Of a DNA stretch of 40,461 nucleotides, positions 25,295-37,876 are shown in pieces; the stretch's first letter is position 1; the number at the start of each line of letters is the position of its first letter. A program made the position numbers and the translations under genes. Below the pieces are notes generated by a model. That model was not told where the DNA came from. It searched no databases and worked only from the letters and a program-made list of their open reading frames with translations. Source of the stretch: Jimgerdemannia flammicorona (lineage: Eukaryota); NCBI GenBank assembly GCA_003990765.1, contig RBNJ01000120.1, positions 1 through 40,461 on the forward strand, in the 5' to 3' direction.

Positions 25295-26364
25295 GCGTAG
25301 AGGAGCTTGGATTGGAAAATCTGTTTAGATTTCTTTCATTACTTTATTACTCCATTGTAATTTAGATCATGTTTGGAAATATATCGTGCGAAATTTTCTG
25401 AGTAAGAAATTCATTACTAAATAACTCTCATCTGTGGCGATTGTATGTAAGCTGTACATCAGCATCTGTGACCCGAATGGCTTCGCTTAACTACGCGTTT
25501 AACAGCTCGTTGGTGTGGTTGTCGGGCGGTAAATCCACTTGCTGTGCATAGGACACTGGGTTAGAATGTAGATGTATCTGTTTATTGGGCGTTTGCTTGT
25601 TGAGGACATAGTGCCATATGGGCCGAGCTTATGACTCGGTGGACGACTTCTCCCGCAAACGAACACATGTCGCACATATTCAAGGCCAGACCCTAGCCCC
25701 GTAATTATTTCTGCTAGCAGCCGATTTCGTTGGGCCCAAATGGTCACAGCTAAACACACTGCAGAGCGTTGTGGCATCATTTCGAGAGCATTTACGGAGA
25801 AATGACTGCACAGGCGAATAAAAAGAAGTAAACCGCGCGCGACTTGGGTGATCCCAGTCTAGCTTTCAAGGGCAGATGGAGATTGGTGACCGCCATGCAT
25901 TTTGTTGAATTATGATCATAATCCTTCCTTTGAAAATATGATTTTCATCTTCGTGTATGGCGAAAACAAAAATAAGGTCTGCTCCATCATGCGACGTCCA
26001 AAATGAAACCAAGTGCTTCAATCCATCGACCCTCCAGTGTTCACGTAACAAGGATAGACATTCTTTGATAGGAGAAGTCATTATTATTATTTTTTGGCAG
26101 GGGGAGGGGGCAGCAAAAAATACAAACACCATGAGGAAAGAAAGCACATCAGTTCCCAAACCATTGTCACGCGCAACAAATACAAGCTAAGCATCACAAA
26201 AACTGTTATACAAGACAGAGAAATCAGAAGTACAAACTGCAACCGAGAAAACCTGCAACCAAGAGAAAGTTGTAATCAAGAAGTGAAACCTGTGCAAAGC
26301 AGACAATTATGTGCAAATATACAAATCAACAAACCGAGGAATTGGAATAATCCACGAAAGTTGT

Positions 26365-26510
<146 letters not shown>

Positions 26511-26657
26511 GAGAGATGCTAAAAGAGGGGGAAGCAAGAGAGAATAATCGACACAACGTAAACATTTATACAAGTATCAAGCAAACTTTTTGAAATACAT
26601 GCCCAGCATGCGGAGGGACGTCGCAAAGGGTAGACATTCCGGAACCATTGTTCACGC

Positions 26658-29099
26658 TCACAACACTTCCTCCATCTTTACTTTCGTCATCCAGAACCTC
26701 GCCCACCCTGTCCTCGCGGTCACCATCTCCCTCGCTCCTTTCCCCATTTTAATCAGCTCCTGTTCCGAGTACGGCAGTTTCCCACCAGCTAACATCTCCA
26801 CCCTCTCGCACGCGTAATGCCCCACATATTCCCATTGGTTCGCCGCTCGCCACACGAACATCGGCACCGACCTACCCACATTTTCGCGCATTGTGTCAGT
26901 GTCCCGTCCGCCACCAAACAGGATACGGGGAGCAAGACGGTTGTGATCGATACGGATTTTGATCCGACCGAGAACGGTGGAAGGGTCACAGGTTTCTGGG
27001 TGGTAAATGATGCGTAGGCCGTATGTCTTTTGGTGGCCGCCACCGTAGAGCACGTGGATCTGTTCGTTGGTGTAATAACTGCCCGTGACGATGGCGGGGA
27101 GAAGGGAGCTAGCCGGGAGCCGGAATGGTTTCGTGAAGCTGGTTGGAGTATCGGAGCCGTCGCCGAAGGAAGCAGTGTCGTCCAGAGAGGATAGGTCGGA
27201 AGCATCCCAATCGTCGATGTTTGTGGTATGGTCCCCCTTGAAAAGGAACTCGTCCAATGCCGGATCATGCTCCTGCTTAAACAGGACCGAATCGGGGCTC
27301 GACAGATTGGGCGCCAACAGTGGCTTCTTTCTGGGTTCGTTTGGCTCGTCTGTCTTCCTCTTTGTACCGCCCTGGCTCACATCTACGCGATCACCTTGCG
27401 GATCACTCCCGTCGCTCGAACTGTCTCTGTCTCTGTCTCTGTCTTCCCGGGTGTTCCTTTTCTTTGACGCCTTTGATCCAACGGCGATTTTTTTGCGCGC
27501 CCTCCTTTTGAAGGCATCACCAGTAGCAGCAGCACGAGACACAACCTGTTCCTTCGCTCCGTTTCGAGATGGCCGGGTCGTGGCGGCGCCTCCTACTGTC
27601 GAGCCGGTAGGGGCTCCTTGAACCCTGCGCCTCCGGCCTTCGCCGAGCTCGCCAAGTCCATTTCCACCATGAGCAAGGCTAATCACCTCTCTCCATTTCC
27701 TGGATTTGATCGGCTTGGGCGAACCATCCCGCTGGTCCGCATCAGTCACTGGATCGGTAGCCATGTCAGTCGCCGCATCGGTAGCCAGTTCAGTCGCTGC
27801 AGTCGCCGCAGTCGCCGCATCGGTAGCCGGTTCAGTCGCCGCATCGGCAGCCAGTTCAATCGCCGCATCGGTAGCCAGTTCAATCGCCGCATCGGTAGCC
27901 GGTTCAGTCACCGCATCGGTAGCCGGTTCAGTCACCGCATCGGTAACCAGATCGGTAGTCGGGTCAGTCGACGCATCGGTCACCGAATCGGTAGCCGGGT
28001 CAGTCGCCGCATCGGTCGACATCAATTTGGTACCGGGCTCGGCAGAGACAATCTGAGGTGGGCTCTCGGGCATGGCACCACTGGATCTGGCATTCGCGAG
28101 GGCCGGGAGTCCGCCCGTGCGCACCGCCCATCGCTTCTTCGTTGTATACGGGAAACCCATTCTTTCCATCGGCGACAGATCTTGCGATTCCGGTGGCGTC
28201 GGTGGGGCGATTTGGGGTCCATCGGGCAGCGGTGAGCCGTGCGTGTGATGGACAAGGCGTGGAGACAACTGATTATTGACTGTGGGTATGGTCGACGATG
28301 AAGTATCCGTGAAAAACGGGTTTCGATTTGATCTACAGTCGTCGAGCTTATTGATGAGTTCCGTGAGAAAGTCAGGTTCCTGCTTCACCATAGCCTCGAA
28401 ATGATCGTGAGCCAAAGAATCGAACGTGGTTTCAGGCTGAGCAGGAGGCTGCGCACTCGAGGACGATGCAGTCAGGCAGGTTTCATCGTATGTAGTCGAC
28501 GGTATCGATGCACGACGTGGCGGGAGAGGTTGACCGGATCGCTTTGCGACGTTCTTCGGGGAGGACGGGGAGGACAATGTTGACACTGACGAAGGTGACG
28601 GTGAGGATGCGCGATCCGTTGAAACCCGGCGGGTTTGCCAATGGGACGCCAATGATTCTTGAGTCATGGGGGGCGTCGGGATACCGTCCAATGCGCGGCC
28701 AAGATCACGATGATTGATTATCTTCAGTTCTGGGAGGAGGGGACGTAGGCGCGAGGGTAGAGGTGAAGACCGCCTGCAAGTATTGGATCTCTTGTCCAGT
28801 TGCATCGTAACTGGAGATGACTCGAGAAGAATGTCCGTGATCTCTTCCTCTTCGTCGTTGCCGTTTACTTCCTCCTCTAGTTTCAACCGTGACGAGCGAG
28901 TCTCGTGGGCTTCTGCCAATAGGATCTGTTCGGTTAGACTATGGTCTTGGATGGAGGCCAGGGGCAGGGGGACAGATCTCTTTGCCACGTTGCGCCGCAG
29001 GTCCTTGTTTTCGTCTGTGGCAGAGCCGGGAGGGGAAGGGGGTAAAGTCGGCTCCACGTTTTGTTCAGGGGAGCTGGTCAAGGTACGATAGTGGTGATG

Positions 29100-29133
<34 letters not shown>

Positions 29134-29369
29134 TGGCTGTGGCTATAGGAGCGAAAGGTAGTATAGTGGGGCCTGTAGTGTGTCCGGTGTGGGAAGTTTG
29201 TGGGAGGTTCGTCTGGGTGGTTCCAGCAGGCCTCGTAGTAGGTGGGTCTGTGGTGCTCGTCTGTCTTGTAGTGTTGGGGGCGTATCCAGGCCACGGTCTC
29301 CTCTATATCACGGGATGCGTGGAGGGGGAAGTAGGCGGTCCTGTTGGGGAGGGGCGTTGGCCTGAACAT
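26658..29369 (-). CDS. Intronless ~900-aa low-complexity protein with a C-terminal SRA/PUA-like (DUF6697-like) globular domain
   Basis: Uninterrupted 927-codon ORF (first ATG 29441, likelier start 29369). Rich in S/P/T, with TDAATEPA repeats and basic NLS-like patches (KRRARKK, KRK..RKK). Last ~140 aa: GSYYTNEQIHVLYGGGHQ...SVPMFVWRAANQWEYVGHY. The ORF is solid; the domain call is tentative. Confidence 0.75.
27740..28020 (-). repeat. Coding 24-bp minisatellite encoding TDAATEPA-like units (about 11 copies)
   Basis: Repeated gcatcggtagcc(g/a)gttca(g/a)tc(g/a)cc on the + strand. Confidence 0.9.
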
Positions 29370-29507
29370 GGTTTCGCAGCAAGAAAAAGAGGATAGATGA
29401 CACGAACCACCACGACAACACAACACAGCCCACCTATGCACACAGACCCATTTCAGTCAGAGTCACCTGCACGTGACCACGGCCATCAAACCCACCCAAC
29501 CCCTACA

Positions 29508-30576
29508 TCACTGCATCTGCTGCATCTGCTGCATCTGCTGCTGCATCTGTTGCACCTGCTGCACCTGCGCCATCACGCTCTTCTGGAAAATTCGTCCACT
29601 TCTTTCCGCAAGAGAACAGACGCGTCCCAACTGCCCCGCAGACAGCACCGATCCATGCCTCCGGACAAACATCACCAGCATCTGCCCCAGCTTCCGTGAC
29701 ACCGCCACCGAACCACATATATTGCTGGACAACCCTTGCAATATCTGTTCCACAATCCCATCATCGAACTGAACCTTTTGCTGAAGCACACTCAGGAGAA
29801 TCGTTGCAGTCATATCCGGCCAGAGTGACCCCCCCACCTGGCCGCAGAGAATCGACCTATATATGTTTTTGGGAGAATAGAAAGAGTGAGTACACCAACC
29901 ACGTCATGAACCCCATAGCGGCAACTATCGTCACCTTAGCAAAGCCAGAGTGGCCATCTCGTTCAGTCCTTCGTTGATGGCTCTTGTCGCTACATCGATC
30001 TGTGGCCGCCCTGTGGTGCCGACGATAAGATGCGCCAAACACAACGTCAAAACCGGCGGCCGTTCTCTTCAATCAATCCCTCGCCGCTCCTTTTGTCCAT
30101 CCCATAAACATACCAACATCGTCACCATGTACGAGCGGTAACAATAGACCATCAACCACCGCCTTGCCCTTTGCCTTGGACGCGTTCAGAATGGATGTGA
30201 TGAGAATTCGCGACGGGGCGGTAGTCAGCTCACGTACCTTATATATCAAAAAAGGAAAGCGTTGACGATTCACACCAGATTGATCGATTGCGTGTTGGAA
30301 ATTTGAAAGGAAATCAAACACACTGACCTTCACCAGAAGGGTAGACTGCAGGAATGTGACACAATTCTGATACACCACATCCTCCGCCTCGCACATTTGG
30401 TTGCACAAACTGGCAATGACTTCCTCATCAAGCCGCGACAAGTTCAAGTCGTGTAATATGGTCTCCATCTTCATATATATATAGCCGACGAAACCGTAAT
30501 AAGACAAGCGGGAGGGGGAGTGGATTGAGCTCGATACAAAAAAAAAAAACTACACTTTGGCGTTTCCTGACACGAG

Positions 30577-30614
<38 letters not shown>

Positions 30615-31374
30615 GCGCCAGGTAGCCGCATAAGCGCATCGAACTCGTCCCGCACGTCAACCTGTGCAAGCGAGTCCCCTTGCTCGTTCTGCGTAAGCTT
30701 CGCCTTAAAGTTTTCCAGTAACTCGATGTTATATGGATAGTCTTCGGGTGTGTTAACGTTGGCCTCGTGTTGTATTCCACTCTCTCCTATTTCTTCGCGC
30801 CACGAGGATTGAACAATTGAATGCGATATTAATACATAACGGCAAAAAAGCTCCCACCAAGTTACAATGGTCTCGTCAAAACGTGCAATATGCTTGGGTC
30901 ATTGGTACCCACCGAGCTGACCAATGCCACCGAACGACCGCTTCCAGCGGTCTGAATTCCGCCGGCGCTTCGATCTAATGTACTCGCCCGAGACGTAATT
31001 CATAGAACTCATTGTTAAGGATCACGTAGTGAACTACCGGCACAGCACTTCAACCCGGAATCCAGAAAAAAAAAAAAAGGATATGAAAATGGGTTCGCAC
31101 GTCCTCTTGCTTCTGGCGCTATGATCATCTACTGTCTGCACGAGTGTGCCTGCAAGCCAGATATAGCATTAGCCGACGACATTTGTGTAGCAAAAGACAA
31201 GGAGACCAATTTCGAAGGTCAACCTGGGAATTGTAGGAGTGGAGCCGGCTCTCTGCCACCTAAGTTTGCTAGGCTATTTGAAATAGTGGCTGGCATAGCA
31301 AATAGCGGTGCGTGTGTTCCAAGATGGTGCTTCCATTCCTGCAGAGCCGGTGCGTTGGCGGGGTGGAAGGTCAT
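29508..31374 (-). CDS. FANCE: Fanconi anaemia group E (FANCE C-terminal domain) homologue
   Basis: LNLSRLDEEVIASLC..YQNCVTFLQSTLLVKVRELTTAPSRILITSI..AVVDGLLLPL and W...ILLSVLQQKV..SRKLGQMLVMFVRRHG..IFQKS parallel the FANCE C-terminal helical repeats as I recall them. Q/M-repeat tail. 5' end uncertain: ATG 31374 with a well-formed intron 31223-31150, or ATG 31012. Confidence 0.72.
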
Positions 31375-31689
31375 TGCGCTTGGTCTTGTCGCGGTAGACG
31401 TGGCGAAACACGTTAAATTTGCTTGTCACGTGGGTCTGATCTTGCCAATGTCTCAAACCAGTAAGACGGTATGTATTAGCGGGCAGAGTAATTTGAGGAT
31501 TGTTCAATGTAAGAAGATTTTAGTCACAAACCGAATTTGAATTTCATTTCTTTATATCCAGAATTTTCATCAAGGGAGGTATACATTAAGTACAAGACAA
31601 TCTATAACATGGTCAAACCAGAGGGCTCCAAATCAAATCCATATTTTTTTTCTTCAAACAACCACTAAGGTCATTGCTGTCATGTCCAT

Positions 31690-33743
31690 TTACAACTTCG
31701 CCTTTCCGGTAATCAAGGCGTACGACCTCTCTCTCTGCTTCTCGAGAGATTTGGTGACCTCCGCGGCACGACGGAGCTCGACTTTGCCAATCTGCGCAAT
31801 GTGGACTTCGTCGGGACCTTTGATGGGAATGTTGTAGATGATCGGAGGTCAGTAAGATAAAAATAGCACGTGTATGTAAATGCCTAAAACTTACCATCGG
31901 CGTATCGCAGAGTCCTGGCCTGAGCATAGGACCTAGCGAGGATGAAGTCCTGGCTCACGCCGCCGGCGCCGTGAGCTTGCATGGCGCGGTCGAGGACCGT
32001 GAGGAGCATGGTGGGGACAACGGCCTGGCGTTGTCAAATAACAAAGTCAGCAAAGGATGAAGGTACACTTGAAGTTCACAAAATAATGCTCCAAGTATTG
32101 AGAGTAGTTTACAGCCAACTCATTGTTCGCGGTGGCTATTCACAGCGATGTCTCAATGTGACCCCTTACCTTAGCCATGCCAATCTCCTTCATCGCGCCT
32201 TTGGCCTTAACCTCGTCGATTCGTTTCGCGGCGTTTAGGACAAGGAACCTAGCCTGATCGATATCCATACGCGATTTGGCAATATCAGCAACGACGGTTC
32301 CATGCTCAGCGAGTAGCTTGCCGAAGGTGCGACGCGACGGGTCCGTCACGCGAGCGAGCAATAGGTCCAAGGCACGCTCGGCGACGCCGATGCAGCGCAT
32401 GCTACAAGATGAGGTGATGATTTCAAAGTGTCAAGAATTAGCTTTTCGATGCATGAGATATCGAGATCAGAAATTTTCTGAGTTTGTATACATACCAGTG
32501 GTGAATGCGGCCAGGGCCCAACCTGCCCTGAATGACCTCGAACCCACGACTCTCGCCCAGAACCATGTTCTCGACAGGGACACGCACGTCCTTAAACAGG
32601 ATCTCGCAATGACCCTCTGGCGCGTCGTCATAGCCGAACACGGTCATGGGGCGCACGACGGTGATGCCAGGGGTGTCGGCGGGAACGATGATGAGGCTTT
32701 GTTGGCGATGCTTTTCTTTGTTCTTGGGATCGCTCTTCCCCATGACGAGGTAGACCGCGCAGCGTGGGTCACCGGCGCCCGAAATCCACCACTTAAGGCC
32801 GTTAATGACGTACTCATTACCGACGCGCTGGATCGAGGTCTCGATGTTGGTGGCGTCGGAAGAGGCGACCTTCTTCTCAGTCATAGCAAAGGCCGAGCGT
32901 ATTTTGCCGTCCAGGAGAGGCTTGAGCCATTTTTCCTTCTGGGCTGGGGTGCCATATTTGGCGAAGACCTCCATGTTGCCGGTGTCGGGGGCGGAGCAGT
33001 TGCAAGCCTGAGAAAATTTGAGGGATTAATATGCCATGGTTCATACGTTTCAAAGGTGATATATCTGTGGCCATTCGGGCGAGGATGTCAGTTCCGTCGC
33101 GCACAAAAAAGGCATGATCATATAACCCTCGCGATCAGTACTGCCGAAAACCATTTGCTATTGCTCTTCATTGGAGCAGCACACGGTTTATCAAAGTTGC
33201 TCGGGGTGTAAGATAATGGCTCGGTAACCCGAGATCGATCAACTCACCTCGGAGGCGATGTGCAAGCTCCTACCCATGACCTCTGCCATAAGAGCGTACT
33301 CGAGGTTGCTCAGGCCAGCACCCTCCGGGTACTCCTTGGTCAGGAAGAGGTTCCAAAGGCCGAGCGAGCGGGCCTTCGTCTTGAGTTCCTCCATAATTGG
33401 GGGGACAACCTAAGTGATCGAAGTGAAAGTGAGCGTTATGAGAGGTGGTTTGTAGTATGACCTGACAGGACGCCAATGACGAAAGCTAGTGCAGAAAGGA
33501 GCGACAGACAAGATTTGCAACACACCTTCCAACGATTCTCGCCTTGGCCCAGTTGCGCCTCGAAGACCTTCTCTGCGGGCATGCAGTCATTCTGTTGTGA
33601 GCGGTAGTTTAGTTGGAAGTGAAGGGACATAGTAACGAGCGGACGGGGCAAGGCAATACCTCGACAAAGTCCTTGAGGGTGGCGTAAAGATGCTGAAACT
33701 TGGGCGAGAAGGTCCTGATGTCGACGAGGGATTGGGTTGCCAT
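31690..33743 (-). CDS. Peroxisomal acyl-CoA dehydrogenase (ACAD10/11-like, no kinase-like domain)
   Basis: [73 protein letters not shown]-terminal PTS1 -AKL*. Confidence 0.93.
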
Positions 33744-33797
33744 TGTTCGATTTTCGGGAAGGGAAGGGGGGGATGCAGGATCTTTGAAGGGTCCGCG

Positions 33798-33834
33798 GTC
33801 ATGTGACCTTGCTTTTTGGCATTAGTCTGATTGG
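33798..33834. promoter_or_regulatory. bHLH-type site and CCAAT in a 151-bp divergent promoter
   Basis: GTCATGTGAC at 33798-33807 and ATTGG at 33830-33834 between head-to-head ATGs 33743 and 33895. Confidence 0.4.
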
Positions 33835-33894
33835 CTTACCCCACATTTAACATTCGATGCCTCCTGCAATCCTTCTGCGTGCCGCGCCTACACA

Positions 33895-36800
33895 ATGCCA
33901 CCGATCCCTCATGTAGAACCAGCTACCGTGCAAGTCACCATGGTCTCCGGCGCAATCTGGATCCCACCTAGTTCCGTAACAACCGACCCTCGCTACGCTG
34001 TCTTGCTACGCGGCCTACCAAACTACCAGGATCTACTCCTAAGGAAGCTAGGTGGCGTTCTGGTACAGCCGTCAAAATAAAATTTACAAGTGATTTAGCA
34101 TGAATGGACAACGCCCTCTGAACCTTCTCTTGCGTGCATAGATAGCTGTTGGAAGCGTCTTCGAACTCACCGTCATCGGCAATCGTTGCGCTTTCCGAAT
34201 CGAATCAATCAATGATTGCCGTGACATCGTCGCGTGCGTCAACCGCACATTGACGCGGATCGTTATCCTACCGGGCGCCGTACCAATTGAACGAACACCA
34301 ACCGGTGGGATTGATGTGCTGGTGAAGAATTTGACCCAGCTGATTGGTGCGTTTATTCGTGTCTTTTTGCCAGACACTTCCCTATATATATATATATATA
34401 TATTATTTATTTATTTTTTTGATGGACGCTACATCTACTGCATTCCATCTGTAAATAGTCGATTCGTATTCGAACGCCAATGCGCATTGTATTCTTAACA
34501 TACCGCCGATCAAAACGGCCCTCATTCACGGTGCTGCCGGCATTGGGAAGGCGACCTTGGTTAAGTATGTGCAGTTTTGCACCCTCTAAGCCACTATATA
34601 ATACTTCATGTTTTAGCTGCTGATATAGGAATCGAGCCTTCAATAGAACTGTTTGCTTGACTCTCGGCTGCAACCTGCACGCTCTCTCCATCTCGACGGT
34701 TTTGACTGTAAAAGACCAAGTAGATGAGGAGGCGTTTGGCACAATAGATCCTGTAAAGATGATCTTCGATAGGGCCAAAATATCGGCACCGTCTGTGATC
34801 ATGATCAAGGATCTCGATCTGCTGTGCAGAGGTAAGCTGCTCGAGAGAGTATTTAACATACAATATTAGATGTTTTGCTTCGTCAATTAATGAAGAATAT
34901 TCGCTCATAGACTCAACAGTCGATAGCACGGTAAAATCATCAGTCATTAAGATCCTCTTAAAAGAAATCGACGGCTTAGGCAGCAACGAAAAGGTACGAA
35001 GCACTCACGTTAATTTTTGCATCTGATTTCCGGAATTCGCATTTTTCTCATTGGACCTCATTGCCTCAATTTGTTTTACAACTCCCTTCGACATTCCACC
35101 CAGGTTTTTCTGATCGGTATCTCGCGTAATCGTTCCAAACTTCCCGAGATCTTGCGCAAGCCTGAGCTATTTCAATACGACTTGCCCGTCCCTGTCCCAT
35201 CAAGGTTAACACTACATATCTCTTGACTTGGTGGTTGCCAACTTGGTCTCCTTGGCATGTCAATCGATTGGGAAGCTGACACACACCGCATATGAATTTT
35301 TTATGCTTTGGTCAGACCTCAACGAGAACTAATACTGAAGGCATACCTATCGGTTCTAAATTTGCACCCTATGCCAAGCGCACAGGATGTGGTGAGTCAC
35401 TACGCGAACGAAATCGGTCAGAAAACTTCGGGATATGTGGCTCGAGATCTCGTACAGCTGTGCCGGTCGGCCGTACTGCACGCGATGCGGCGGCGTGACA
35501 TCGATCATAAGGACGCGAATGAGATGGACGTGTTGAGCCGGGGGATGGCGGGACTGAGAGTGGCCGAAGCTGTGAAAGCAGACGCGTATGCATAATATTT
35601 TGTGCTTTATTGGTTTTTTCCGGCAGTATCTTCCGATCAGTTGGCGAACTTAACGCTGACACGTTCGTTGTGTATGGTAATAGAAACAGCATGCCAATTG
35701 AATGGCGTGATTTTGAATACGCGCTCTCCATCTCTAAGCCGTCGCAGCAGGTAGAATTTGAATCGACTTTACCGAAGCGAAGCTGGGAGGATATCGGCGG
35801 GTAAATACACCATGAGTTATTTTTATTTTTTTTGGGGGGAGGGAGGAGGTGAGCAGTATTATTCTTGGTCGTTTGAATAGGGAAAACATTGAAATGATTA
35901 TACCAGATGGGGAATCGCTCCAACGATTGAGCAAACCGCTTCCCCTCATTAGCTACGCTGCCATCAAGAAGCGGATGAAACAAGTCGTGATTCTCCCTCT
36001 CCTCAAGCCTGAGGCCTATCGAAATCTCGGGATTTCGCCGCCGTCGGGCCTGCTGTTGTATGGGCCTTCGGGTATGTTGCATGCGATTGAGATGGTTATG
36101 TGGTAAAGGCTGGACGTTACATTAACCATCAGTTCTAATGTATCATGACGCGTTGCAATTAGGTTGTGGCAAGACAATCTTGGTGCAGGCCTTGGCGTCG
36201 CAATCTGGCATGAATGTTATCGCTATCAAAGGGTATGAACCTTTTTGACTTCATTTCAAGACCTACTGGAATATATCCATGTCAACTCATGTAATTATAC
36301 CCACGTATGTGCGCAGACCTGAGATCTTTTCGAAGTACCTCGGCGAGACGGAGAACACTCTTAGGCGGCTATTTGCTATGGCGCGGCAGATCGCGCCATG
36401 TATCATCTTTTTTGACGAAATGGATTCTATTGGAATGAAAAGAGGCGAGGAGTTGATCTAGCTTCGTTTCTCTAGTCGATTCACTCTACACATCACTACT
36501 GACTTTTATTTTGGTGCCGATGGGTTCTATCCACTTCTAGAGAGGAACGCGGGCGACGGTACGAGTGGGATCAACGAGCGCGTCCTGAGCACGCTGCTTA
36601 ACGAGATGGACGGGGTGGAAGGTCGACGCGGGGTGTTTGTCATTGGGTGCACGAACAGGCCCAATCAGATTGACGATGCAATACTACGGCCTGGTGGGTG
36701 ATGGCAGTCGCATTCATCGTGTTTTACGAGTTCTCTTTCAGTTGGTTGCTGATCATGAGTCTCTTGGCTCCTAGGCCGCCTTGACCAGTTGTTATATGTC

Positions 36801-37200
36801 GGATTGCCCGACGAAACCGATCGCAAAAGCATTTTGACAGCCATTACGCGCCGAGTTCCAGTAGCGTCAGACGTGAGCATCAATTTGTTGGCACAGCAGA
36901 CCGAACAGTTCACGGGGTCGGACCTGGAAACGTTGTTTAGGTGCCATTCCCTATTATTTTCCTGAATCATCGTTGTCCGGAAAATCTATCATAATCTTGC
37001 TTATATTATGTTCTTGTCTGATAATTAATGTGAATAGAGAAGCTGCTATTCGCGCCCTCCGCGAGAATATCGATATGCCGCTTGTGCATTGGCGCCATAT
37101 CGAACCCGTCTTGGCGAAGATGGCGGCTGCGGTGAGATCGAGTGCAGGCGAGGATCGGTTGGAGTTGTTTAGGAAGTTTCAGGAGAGGGCGAAAGGATAG
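33895..37200 (+). CDS. Type II AAA+ ATPase, AFG2/SPATA5L1/CDC48-like, with degenerate D1
   Basis: D2 is canonical: GLLLYGPSGCGKT, KGPEIFSKYLGETE, IIFFDEMDSIG, ERVLSTLLNEMDG, TNRPNQIDDAILRPGRLD. D1 reads GAAGIGKAT / VIMIKDLD. Many introns. Confidence 0.85.
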
Positions 37201-37876
37201 GCGTAGGAAGGTCTCGTTCATATATTGTAAAAATCGCATATCGGAGCAACTGGTGGACTGTTGACAAAAAACGCCACTCACTCTATAAAGCGAGGCATTT
37301 TTGCGGACTTCCCCCCTTAGAATTGTCACCCGATCACTCGCAGAGTATAGTTCGTATACGTGACTTAGGGTTCGCGCTCAACTATACACTGATAATCTTT
37401 TTGCTGAGCTTGCACACCGATGTTGTTCCGGCCGAGACATTAGTGTCTTAATTGTGTCCTTCAAAACATGGTTTTATAGTATGAAGCGGGAGCGAATTTT
37501 GCCAACTTCAATATCAGTACAATTATTTTCACTTTTTACTTATTTCACAGTAACAAACACGGTTCAACACGCCGTCATTAGAGCGGAGAAGTGTTCAAAG
37601 TGTTTGAAGGCGACAGTTTCGGCTGTGACGAAATGTCCACTTTAGTGTGTATATAGAGATTACTATATACCTCTAAGATTTGACAAATGACGTTGAAGAT
37701 TTCAGGTCCCGCTGACAGCAATTTGAAAATGACATATGCCAAAATAAAAGCGAGATCGCCCTTGTTATGAATAGCATCAAACACAAGGTTCGAACGTGAC
37801 CAGCGGAAGAATATCAAGAATTGCCGAAAAGGGAAATTGAAACCCAACTCCTTCATATTATTATTGCCCTGAATTT

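Noticed and set aside
27740-28020. Non-coding or CRISPR-like array
   Set aside because: It is an in-frame 24-bp coding repeat without unique spacers.
29473-29772. Cys-rich metallothionein-like ORF (CICCICC)
   Set aside because: Antisense reading of the CAG/ATG repeat encoding the FANCE Q/M tail.
32276-33211. 311-aa plus-strand ORF
   Set aside because: Antisense shadow of the GC-rich acyl-CoA dehydrogenase exons.
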